The position numbers and the translations under genes were made by a program. A stretch of DNA of 64,000 bases from a virus, in IMG/VR virus record IMGVR_UViG_3300036770_005682, positions 64,001-128,000 of that record. One strand, written 5' to 3'. The notes beneath the pieces are model-generated. The model made no database searches, was not told where the DNA came from, and saw only the letters and a program-made list of their open reading frames with translations. Below, in pieces: positions 45,473 to 53,133 of the stretch (position 1 is its first letter; every line of letters starts with the position of its first letter).

Positions 45473-45652
45473 ATGCGCAAGAGGATGGGCCGACCGGCCA
45501 AACACGCTGCCGGCGACACGACGATTACTTTACGCGTCCCTGCCGACATCAAGAACCGGATTGTCGACATGGCAGACGCTTACGACATGACGATTACCGA
45601 GTACCTCTTGACACTTGTGGAGAGAGATGTCTCGGACACCCCAGCGCGCTGA
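45473..45652 (+). CDS. Ribbon-helix-helix DNA-binding protein
   Basis: 59 aa MRKRMGRPAK...TITLRVPADIKNRI...MTITEYLLTLVERD. Confidence 0.65.
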   Translation: MRKRMGRPAKHAAGDTTITLRVPADIKNRIVDMADAYDMTITEYLLTLVERDVSDTPAR

Positions 45653-45965
45653 GTTACCAGACGGTAAGTACAACCTCGTCGTCCAGATACCGGGCTGGCT
45701 GAAGAACGAGATACTCGACGCCTGCGGGGACGCGAGAATCAACCAGTGGGTTTCGACGGTGTTGTATGAGGCTGTGCGCGAAGCACGCGGCCTGCCGCCT
45801 GCGCCGCCACCAGCCGCGCCGAAGCCGACGACTGCCGACCAGATACGGGCCTACATGGTTGGTGAAACACTGCTCCAACCGTGTGGGAAGACCGACTGCG
45901 AACCAGTCTGGCAGGAAATACAAAACATGCAGTTTTGTGAAAAATGCGGTGTGCGGGGTATCTAG
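45627..45965 (+). CDS. RHH-like protein with C-terminal Zn finger
   Basis: LVVQIPGWLKNEI...INQWVSTVL; CEKCG. Confidence 0.55.
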   Translation: MSRTPQRAELPDGKYNLVVQIPGWLKNEILDACGDARINQWVSTVLYEAVREARGLPPAPPPAAPKPTTADQIRAYMVGETLLQPCGKTDCEPVWQEIQNMQFCEKCGVRGI

Positions 45966-46000
45966 CGCCCTTTATTCACCACGGTGGCGGAAGTGTGTTA

Positions 46001-46351
46001 TCAGTCGCCCCACATTTGCGACAGCGTCGGTCTAGTCGGTCCGATTCCCCTACGTCTCTGTTCTGCCGCCAGTTGTCGGCTCGTCATTCCTGCCCATATC
46101 CCATGCATGTCAGCCACAGGGAACTCCAGGGCGTAATCCAGACACTGGGTTCGTACGAAGCATCCGTCGCATAGTGCTCTTGCCCCAGGTATGTAGCTGA
46201 TGTCCTTATGCCCCTTCGGGAACATCTCGTTCGTACGTCCTTTACAGTTTGCGTAGAACATCCAGCCGTTATCTTGTATATCTTGTTCCGATGGTGGCTC
46301 GGGTACTTCTAGTACGTCTTCTTCACCGGGTACTTCTAGTTGTTCTTCCAC
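46001..46351 (-). CDS. whiB: WhiB family transcription factor
   Basis: WMFYANC...LCDGCFVRTQCLDYA...GIWAG. Confidence 0.88.
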   Translation of the reverse strand: MEEQLEVPGEEDVLEVPEPPSEQDIQDNGWMFYANCKGRTNEMFPKGHKDISYIPGARALCDGCFVRTQCLDYALEFPVADMHGIWAGMTSRQLAAEQRRRGIGPTRPTLSQMWGD

Positions 46352-46973
46352 TGACTGCCTTTGGCTTAGTGGTAGGTTCTTGGATATGGGTCGAGTACGG
46401 TGCCCCTGTGCCAGGGTCGTACTTCGCAGCAATAGCAATAGCCTTGAGGGCTACCCTCTTCGCCTGCTGCAGTTCTAGCTTTTTTCCATTCACCAGAGCT
46501 TGTATTGCCCCCAGGGCGTACTGTGCTCCACTGCCGATGGCGTATAGGCCAGAAGAATCAATAATCCACGAATAATCACTGTCAACTATGTAAATGACTC
46601 CATTTACCGAAACCATGAGTGTGGAACCATGTTCGGCTACATGTTGACTAGAGTCTCTTTCGGGTAAAGAATATCCGTGATAATCAAAGCAGGACCGTAG
46701 TTCGGGTATGAACTTTAGGGTCATGTAGGCGTCAAGCTTTTTCCCAGTGACAGCCGGTGGCGGTGGTGGAACAAAAGCATGCGCAAGGAGATTTATGGCT
46801 CGTAGGTCTCCGGCAGCACCCAGTAGGAACTGTTTACTGTTGGTAATCTTGTTTACTCCCCCGCCAAGCGTAGAAGTAGACAAAATCTCTCCATCTCTCC
46901 CTATATCGGATATACGAGAGTCTCCTACCATGAGAGAGTATCCATCTCCCTGTATTCCTATTATGGTGGTCAT
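46323..46973 (-). CDS. Proteasome beta/HslV-like N-terminal Thr hydrolase
   Basis: MTTIIGI...GDSR...K...GAAGD...AIGSGAQYALG...D. Confidence 0.8.
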   Translation of the reverse strand: MTTIIGIQGDGYSLMVGDSRISDIGRDGEILSTSTLGGGVNKITNSKQFLLGAAGDLRAINLLAHAFVPPPPPAVTGKKLDAYMTLKFIPELRSCFDYHGYSLPERDSSQHVAEHGSTLMVSVNGVIYIVDSDYSWIIDSSGLYAIGSGAQYALGAIQALVNGKKLELQQAKRVALKAIAIAAKYDPGTGAPYSTHIQEPTTKPKAVSGRTTRSTR

Positions 46974-47020
46974 CGCTGCCTCTGCTTTACGTTGCGGTTT
47001 GAAATGCCGCGCGTCTTTAG

Positions 47021-48193
47021 TCAGACCTTATATTCAGTGCCACGGAAGGCGCACCAACCGTCATAAATCAGGACCGACTCATAGGAGAAGCGGTGTTCTC
47101 CGCTGTCCTCGTATGTCACGACACCAAGCCCCTGTTGCCAGTCCTCATGGCGCACCAGAGGGCGTCCGTCAAGGTCTACTCCGCCTTTTGTTGACGGGAT
47201 AGCACCGTCAATACGGGCCAGACAGCCTGGTGATGCTGCCATCACCGTCTTTGGGCCGTCGTAATCCTCGCGGGTCTTGTATGCCATCTCGATTCGGTGG
47301 ATATGTCCATAGATAACGGACACCTTTTCATTACTCAGGTATCGGGTTGCTGTCACGCCATTGGAATTGACACGGTCGCCGTGGATAACACGGAGCTTCT
47401 CATTTATCCAGCAGTGTGATGCGGGATAACCAGGGAAGTACTCCACTCCGTACTCGTCCATACGGCACAGGTAAGGGACAGTCATTACTGGCCAATCGGC
47501 TGGGGTATTTCCCCTGCGAAGTCCATAGGCCGCCGCCGCATTGGTCAGAAGGTACTTGGGCAGTCTTTCCTCATGGTTTCCTGCCAACCAGCGTATTGCC
47601 GCCCCTGGTGCTGCCGCTCTCATCTGTGCGCATAGGGTCGTTGCAGCGTCAATAGACGCTTGCGTTGTCTGCTGAAATGCCGGCGTCGTCAGGTACTTAC
47701 CCATTTCCGGTAGGTCCAGGTTATCGCCCACACAGACAATCAGGTCAGGCTGAAGGTCTGTGATAATCGCCAGAGCGATACTGATAGCACGCTCGTCATG
47801 AGTGGGCTCGAGCTGCCCATCAGCATTCCTGAAATATCCGATTTGGATATCAGGTACTATCACGGCTGTTTTGAACCCTTTTGTACGTTTCTTGGGAATC
47901 TTGACTTTTGGTAATTGCACTGACGGCCCAGGATGAATAACTGGCCATTGAGGGCCGTCTTCAAAGGCCGGAGAGAACTGAAGTGCCACCAAATCGTGTA
48001 CTTCGGCTTCACCTTCTTCGTTCTTTGTCAATGATTGATACAAAGACACTCTTTTAATGGAGCCGACTTCGTCAATATTGATGTTCTTCCTCTCCAGCAT
48101 GGCCGCGATATCACCAAGGACCTTTGTGCGGTTGTCCTTACGCTGTTGCTCTGTAGAGAGGTTCTTCAGATTGTCTGCTAGTTTCTTAGTCAT
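47021..48193 (-). CDS. Calcineurin-like metallophosphoesterase
   Basis: PDIQ, GDNLD, GNHE, HG, GHIHR. Confidence 0.85.
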   Translation of the reverse strand: MTKKLADNLKNLSTEQQRKDNRTKVLGDIAAMLERKNINIDEVGSIKRVSLYQSLTKNEEGEAEVHDLVALQFSPAFEDGPQWPVIHPGPSVQLPKVKIPKKRTKGFKTAVIVPDIQIGYFRNADGQLEPTHDERAISIALAIITDLQPDLIVCVGDNLDLPEMGKYLTTPAFQQTTQASIDAATTLCAQMRAAAPGAAIRWLAGNHEERLPKYLLTNAAAAYGLRRGNTPADWPVMTVPYLCRMDEYGVEYFPGYPASHCWINEKLRVIHGDRVNSNGVTATRYLSNEKVSVIYGHIHRIEMAYKTREDYDGPKTVMAASPGCLARIDGAIPSTKGGVDLDGRPLVRHEDWQQGLGVVTYEDSGEHRFSYESVLIYDGWCAFRGTEYKV

Positions 48194-48501
48194 TAGACTT
48201 CCTCTGTGTATTTGTCAGGAAAGCACTCGCAGCGGCTGGAACCAGCAGCAGTGAAGCACGCCCTCTTTTGTACGACTGTGGAACGTGCAATTGTGAACCC
48301 AGCCTCACGGAGACTGTTGCAAATGCTGTTGGAGCTAGCTGAACTACGCATTGCGTCGAACAGCGCCTCCCGCGTTTCCGAGTCGAGCTCGTTGGCAAGC
48401 CGACCGAAAGCGCAGCTACCCGCGCTTGTTACAGTCAGGCTATTCAGCCTGTCCTTCAGAGACAGAGCTTGTGGTTGCTCTGGTTTGGCATGTATGCTCA
48501 T
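48193..48501 (-). CDS. Hypothetical protein coupled to the phosphoesterase
   Basis: TAATG overlap; helical core flanked by Cys. Confidence 0.6.
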   Translation of the reverse strand: MSIHAKPEQPQALSLKDRLNSLTVTSAGSCAFGRLANELDSETREALFDAMRSSASSNSICNSLREAGFTIARSTVVQKRACFTAAGSSRCECFPDKYTEEV

Positions 48502-48549
48502 GGATAATCAACCTCCCGCATGGATTGCCATTGATGAATAATACTATTA

Positions 48550-48563
48550 CAAACATATGTTCG
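48550..48563. promoter_or_regulatory. Probable LexA box in a divergent intergenic region
   Basis: CAAAC-ATAT-GTTCG (1 mismatch). Confidence 0.45.
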
Positions 48564-48582
48564 CGAGTCAAGGATAGTTCGG

Positions 48583-49011
48583 ATGTCAATAGATAAAAGG
48601 CGAAAAGAGTATGGTGGCCTCACTGAGCCGCTCGAAGCCCTCATCAAGCAGGGAATCACTGAAAAGCGTTCACCCCAGGAACTAGCAATAGAAATAGCTA
48701 AGGCACTTGATGGCAAAAGCGCACAATACGCATCTGATGGAATATCGATGCTGACAGCACCAGCAAGGATGCTCATCACCCTTCTTCTTGAGCCTTCGAT
48801 GACTCAGCGCGCACTATCTATTTATCTGGGTATTTCAGAGGCCGCAGTGCAGAAAACGATACGCCAATTGACCGACATGAAGCTCGTAGCAAAGACAAAA
48901 GTTCAAAACAAAAATATGTACACAGTTGATGTCGACAAGTTTCTCAACTTGAGTGATATCAGGTACCTTCAGCAGGCAGTTTCGGCCGCTATCGAGAGCG
49001 AACCGTTCTAG
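48583..49011 (+). CDS. Winged-helix (MarR/AsnC-like) regulator
   Basis: PSMTQRALSIYLGISEAAVQKTIRQL. Confidence 0.75.
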   Translation: MSIDKRRKEYGGLTEPLEALIKQGITEKRSPQELAIEIAKALDGKSAQYASDGISMLTAPARMLITLLLEPSMTQRALSIYLGISEAAVQKTIRQLTDMKLVAKTKVQNKNMYTVDVDKFLNLSDIRYLQQAVSAAIESEPF

Positions 49012-49325
49012 TTTTGGGCTTCAGCCCACGCAGAAAAGATTTCGTCCTTAGTGGGGATTATCCACAACTGAGACGCTTCTAGGGGGTTGTCAAAGTCCCC
49101 GATAAAAGCCCAAGCAAAATCGAGCATCGGTTCTGCGTTTACCACCCCAACATTGCACTCAAGACCATAAATGTCAATAAACAGCTTAAATACGCAGATT
49201 CCGTGCTTATTTCTGCAGGGTCCGGTTTCCGAGGGGCAGTTGATTGCGGAGATTATTAAATTCGACTTATCAATAATGAACTCTATTGAGTGGCCATCAT
49301 TGTGCCACGTCATCTCTTTTTCCAT
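49008..49325 (-). CDS. Hypothetical protein
   Basis: ORF track. Confidence 0.6.
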   Translation of the reverse strand: MEKEMTWHNDGHSIEFIIDKSNLIISAINCPSETGPCRNKHGICVFKLFIDIYGLECNVGVVNAEPMLDFAWAFIGDFDNPLEASQLWIIPTKDEIFSAWAEAQN

Positions 49326-49507
49326 TACTGAAGTTTATCTACTTCTCGTTGCAGGAGCATGACCGCCTCGCCTATACTGGGGTTGTCTAGGTTGCGAATG
49401 CGAATATTGCGAAGAAGCCAGCGTACGTTCTCTGGCTTGCTGATGTCACGCCGCATAGCAGGGACATCCATTTCTCGAAGAAGAATATTTAAACGAATAG
49501 GTGCCAT
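49325..49507 (-). CDS. Hypothetical protein
   Basis: MDVPAMRRD...NVRWLLRN. Confidence 0.55.
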   Translation of the reverse strand: MAPIRLNILLREMDVPAMRRDISKPENVRWLLRNIRIRNLDNPSIGEAVMLLQREVDKLQ

Positions 49508-49595
49508 AGGCGCATACTACAGGGGTTTCAGGTAGGCGCGGATAAATTTAGAAAAAATCCTACATCCCCTTGACGGGCGCATAGGCCCACTTATA

Positions 49596-49862
49596 TTATA
49601 CAGCCTTTGAGCGTGACTTCTTTGCTGCGGTCATTGAATTATCTCCACCAAAAGCAGCAGATATTTCATCCTTGTCGAGTACGCCGTCGTCAGCATATGA
49701 CTTGAGCAGCGACTCGGTGACTTTTGCAGCAGCCATCACGCCAGCGATAGCAGCGCTCTTCCACAGCTCTACACCGAAAACGGCACCACCAGCTATCGCG
49801 GCAAGGGCGCTGGAGCCAAACACCGCACCAACGCGGCCAACTAGAGATAGAAATGTTTTCAT
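49596..49862 (-). CDS. Holin-like membrane protein
   Basis: Two hydrophobic helices within the lysis cluster; GAGGAA RBS. Confidence 0.55.
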   Translation of the reverse strand: MKTFLSLVGRVGAVFGSSALAAIAGGAVFGVELWKSAAIAGVMAAAKVTESLLKSYADDGVLDKDEISAAFGGDNSMTAAKKSRSKAV

Positions 49863-50095
49863 GATGGAACTTCCTCTTTTTTCATAGTGACAGAAGTCAC
49901 ACAATTCTTTGAGCAATATCTGGATTCGCCAATAATGCGAATCATCCCACGAACAGTTTCGCGGCCACATTTGTCGCAGGCGCACCTAGCTGTCTTGGAA
50001 CCAATGAACATGGTGAGTGTGCCATATATTGCTGGGTCTTCAGCCTTTTGCTTCGACTGTCCTGCAATCGGTTTTGCTGGTTTTTTGCCGGCCAT
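49859..50095 (-). CDS. Small Zn-finger protein
   Basis: CDKCG...YCSKNC. Confidence 0.55.
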   Translation of the reverse strand: MAGKKPAKPIAGQSKQKAEDPAIYGTLTMFIGSKTARCACDKCGRETVRGMIRIIGESRYCSKNCVTSVTMKKEEVPS

Positions 50096-50325
50096 TATTC
50101 TTCTCCATCGCTTTTGCTCTTACCGGCGAAATATCCGCCAATGATTCCGATGAGACCAACTAGGGCATTCTGTACCAGGGCTATGGCTTCGGGGTTTGTC
50201 GCAACTGTTTCACCGGTCTGGTTCTGTGCATACAGCAGAGATGCATACTCACCCAAGACAACAAGCCCAATGAAACCCAAAATACCCAGGGTTATATAAA
50301 TCATGAGCTTGTCTTTTATTTTCAT
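50095..50325 (-). CDS. Two-TM holin-like protein
   Basis: Two TM helices, basic tail, next to the endolysin. Confidence 0.6.
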   Translation of the reverse strand: MKIKDKLMIYITLGILGFIGLVVLGEYASLLYAQNQTGETVATNPEAIALVQNALVGLIGIIGGYFAGKSKSDGEE

Positions 50326-50573
50326 TAGAATTCGCCTTTTGCGTGGTCCCTGATGTGCTGGTCAATTTTTTGCTCTGTCCGCTCCACTCCCTTTTCCACT
50401 CTGTCAATGGAAATACCGAGAGATTTACCTAAGTTGTCAATCTTGTCGACAACAAAGTTGTGGTCTTGTTTATTTTCATCCCAGCGAGAATTGTTTTTTC
50501 TTCTCCCGGACTCAACCATGGCTACAAGAATCGCGCCAAAGGTCGTGATAAGTGCAACGTATACGGCTTCCAT
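50325..50573 (-). CDS. Membrane-anchored coiled-coil lysis-cassette protein
   Basis: N-terminal TM; KIDQHIRDH. Confidence 0.6.
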   Translation of the reverse strand: MEAVYVALITTFGAILVAMVESGRRKNNSRWDENKQDHNFVVDKIDNLGKSLGISIDRVEKGVERTEQKIDQHIRDHAKGEF

Positions 50574-50588
50574 GGCGAAAAGTGGCTA

Positions 50589-51389
50589 TCAGCCGAACAT
50601 GGCCTTCCATGTTTTAGGACCGACCTTGGTGCCTTTTCCTAGGCCGTTCTTCTCGCGCCATGCGGATACTGCCTGGCCTGTCTTTGCCCCAAAATCGCCG
50701 TCTGGCTTGGCTCCGACCTTTGCTTGAACGAGTTTAACCGCTTTTCCCTTTGAACCAACATCCAGGTCACCAGGGAATGCAGGGCCGGATGGGCTTGCAG
50801 CAGGGGCAGCAGGTGCGGCTGGGGCAGCAGCAGGTGCAGAGCCGCCACTAACAGCGGCAGGAGGGGTATCGCCGCAGACGTACTGCCAGTGCCATGCTTC
50901 AAACTCTGGTGACTTCGGGTTATCCCCTTGGAGGTAGAAACCGTACTTTGGTGCGTTTTCGCACATCCATTCGAGGCACTTCCCGCCCATCGAGGTGAGT
51001 TTGCCTTTTACTTCGTAACCAAGGTCTATCGCGAGACCAAATCCATGATTTGAATTGCCAGGGGTTGAGCTTGGGGCTTTACCGGGCTTGAGGTACCAAG
51101 TCTTGCCTTCGTACTTACGGGTGACCTGTGGTTTTCTACCCATGTCTTTCTCGCTGTAACGGTCTTTGAACATTGCAAGCTGACCCTCGAACGGGCGGAA
51201 GTCGCCGACGTTGCGCAGTTTGAACCCGGCTGCAAGTGCTGCGTCATACATCATGTTGAATGCATCAGCAGCTTCTGTCCACATGACACCGCCGGTCTTG
51301 ACCTTTTTTAGCATTTTCGGCGTCAACTTGCCGTTGCCTACTTTTTCAACTTCCTTAGGTAGCACCATCTTTTTGTATGGATACTTCAT
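50589..51389 (-). CDS. Endolysin: M15/VanY-type peptidase with PG-binding domain
   Basis: FRPFEGQ, PGNSNHGFGLAID, EAWHW; DGDFGAKT. Confidence 0.88.
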   Translation of the reverse strand: MKYPYKKMVLPKEVEKVGNGKLTPKMLKKVKTGGVMWTEAADAFNMMYDAALAAGFKLRNVGDFRPFEGQLAMFKDRYSEKDMGRKPQVTRKYEGKTWYLKPGKAPSSTPGNSNHGFGLAIDLGYEVKGKLTSMGGKCLEWMCENAPKYGFYLQGDNPKSPEFEAWHWQYVCGDTPPAAVSGGSAPAAAPAAPAAPAASPSGPAFPGDLDVGSKGKAVKLVQAKVGAKPDGDFGAKTGQAVSAWREKNGLGKGTKVGPKTWKAMFG

Positions 51390-51491
51390 CTTGTTCCTTT
51401 TAAGTCGTAGTGGACGTATGCGAGAAGGCATATGCATATTTTACAACACAAATAAAGCTACTTGCGTTAACAACTAAAAGTAAGAAGTGTA

Positions 51492-52925
51492 CTATTTGTA
51501 AGACTTCTTGACGCGGCCAAGAGTAGAAATTGCCACGCCGATACACATAATCCACAAGCCAATAATTAAGGTCCGCCAAGAATCGCTACCAGTCTCGGGG
51601 AGTGGTCCGTGACTATGAGTGCTGTGGTCATGGACTGTCGTGGTTGTTGATTCCACCATCCGCCCGTCAACTGTTTGCACAAGGCTCGTTGTTGGGGCGA
51701 CAGTCGTAGTATCCGCAACTGTCGTTGTGGGCGCATCGGTCGTAGGAACAGTTGTGGGCGCAACAATTTCAGGGGAAGTAGTTGCGGGTGCAACTGTTGT
51801 AGTCGTAGGGGGTTCTGTCGTGGTCGTCGGAGGATTCCATGAAACCGTCGCAGATACGGTTTTTGCCACACCGTTTACTGTTGCTGTGGCCGTGTAAACA
51901 GCCGTGCCCTGAGTGTTTGTACGTACAGTTATTGTTGCAACTCCACTTGAGTCGGTTGTCGCTGTGAATGTTTGGCCAGCATCAGGGCCGGCGCTCACTG
52001 TCACCGTTACCGTTACGCCAGATTGCGGAACGCCAGCCAATGTTTGTGCGGTTGCTGTAATTGTTAGGTCCTCTCCGGCGTTGGGATTCGTAGGAGAAAT
52101 AGCCAAAGTGAAAGAACTAGGAAGAGACACCGAGCCGCCACCAATCGATACGGCCACTCTTGCGCTAGTTGGAGAAGGGTATGGATAGTCAACTAGGGTT
52201 TTTAGAGTTCCTACGTTCCCAGTAAAGTATCCATGCCAACAGGCAGCAGTCATTTCATTTGTTAGACCAAAATCTGCCATTCCATCCGGTGTTGCGTCTG
52301 GGCCACCGTTGCAACCACCATTGTTATACACAGCATTTGGTAAAAGCGCAGTCAGCCAGCCGTATGTTCCCATGTTTGCAAACAATCCACCGCCAGAGTT
52401 GACGAAGTCTGCTATCACTTCTGCGTTGGATGTAAACACTGATTCAACAGCAGTTGGGCGACTCCAGTTGTCTGGTATCCATATGATTGCTGGCCTAAGA
52501 GTGTTTATGTTTGAAAAAAAGTTATTTACTTCTGTAGCGGAGTTGTAGAAATTAACTGTTGGCGCTGCGGTGAACTGCCCTAGATACTTTGTGGTCAGCA
52601 GTGTGTTCCAGTTTCCGCCACACGAGTTTGTTGTGCCATTTGTTCCCAGAATAGCTATGGTGCCATTGTTCACAGAACTTACTGAGTCATAGGTTTTCTT
52701 CAATACCTGGGCTATGTATCCCCATGTTCCTTCGTATCCAGAATGGCAAACCGGGTCCATTCCGTCCAAGACAATTGGCCCGCCTGTCCCAGATGCATTA
52801 GCAACGCTAATTATTTCAGTGTTGGTAAACGGAATAGACGAACCGAGCGATAGGCTCGAGAACACCATGATTGCTCCAAAGACGACAAGCAATCTGGAAA
52901 GTGACTGTTTAATATTATTTTTCAC
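51492..52925 (-). CDS. LPXTG cell-wall-anchored surface protein with Ig-like (Big) domain
   Basis: Signal peptide; TTDSSGVAT Big motif; Thr/Pro stalk; LPETG, TM helix and RVKKSYK tail. Confidence 0.8.
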   Translation of the reverse strand: MKNNIKQSLSRLLVVFGAIMVFSSLSLGSSIPFTNTEIISVANASGTGGPIVLDGMDPVCHSGYEGTWGYIAQVLKKTYDSVSSVNNGTIAILGTNGTTNSCGGNWNTLLTTKYLGQFTAAPTVNFYNSATEVNNFFSNINTLRPAIIWIPDNWSRPTAVESVFTSNAEVIADFVNSGGGLFANMGTYGWLTALLPNAVYNNGGCNGGPDATPDGMADFGLTNEMTAACWHGYFTGNVGTLKTLVDYPYPSPTSARVAVSIGGGSVSLPSSFTLAISPTNPNAGEDLTITATAQTLAGVPQSGVTVTVTVSAGPDAGQTFTATTDSSGVATITVRTNTQGTAVYTATATVNGVAKTVSATVSWNPPTTTTEPPTTTTVAPATTSPEIVAPTTVPTTDAPTTTVADTTTVAPTTSLVQTVDGRMVESTTTTVHDHSTHSHGPLPETGSDSWRTLIIGLWIMCIGVAISTLGRVKKSYK

Positions 52926-53133
52926 TAGAATCTTCCTCGTCTTCTTTTTTCATTGCTTGCCAGAGGGAACCAACAAGATGTACGACCAGGGCAGCTACCG
53001 AAATCCAGATGCCCTGTGAGCGAGTGTCTCCAGAGAGGGTTATGAGAACCGTTCCGGTTCCAGCCAAAGTCCAAGCAAGGGCGTGAAACTCTGTCCCTAA
53101 CGCCTTGACAAACTTAATGACGAAACCTTTCAT
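52915..53133 (-). CDS. Small membrane protein
   Basis: Two hydrophobic segments. Confidence 0.6.
   Translation of the reverse strand: MKGFVIKFVKALGTEFHALAWTLAGTGTVLITLSGDTRSQGIWISVAALVVHLVGSLWQAMKKEDEEDSSEK

Larger units (their letters stand above)
27442..45993 (+). repeat. Polar dispersed motif (TTT)GACGGTGGYGGAAGA, about 17 copies
   Basis: Copies near 27442, 28328, 29051, 29700, 30390, 31055, 32955, 33706, 35147, 36021, 39743, 40444, 42712, 43587, 44254, 44973 and 45981, all on the + strand. Confidence 0.95.

Noticed and set aside
27442-45993. Polar repeats as a CRISPR array
   Set aside because: Repeats are 15-18 bp and separated by 650-3700 bp containing whole genes; no cas genes are visible.
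27442-45993. Polar motif as a sigma70 promoter because it contains TTGACG
   Set aside because: No -10 hexamer at 16-18 bp in the copies checked; several copies lack TTGAC; many point into terminators of oppositely oriented genes; each cassette has its own separate promoter.
46759-46773. GGCGGTGGTGGAACA (and TTCGGTGGTGGAACA near 55908) as extra motif copies
   Set aside because: Explained by poly-Pro or poly-Gly codons inside genes; no accompanying CGGGGCT element.
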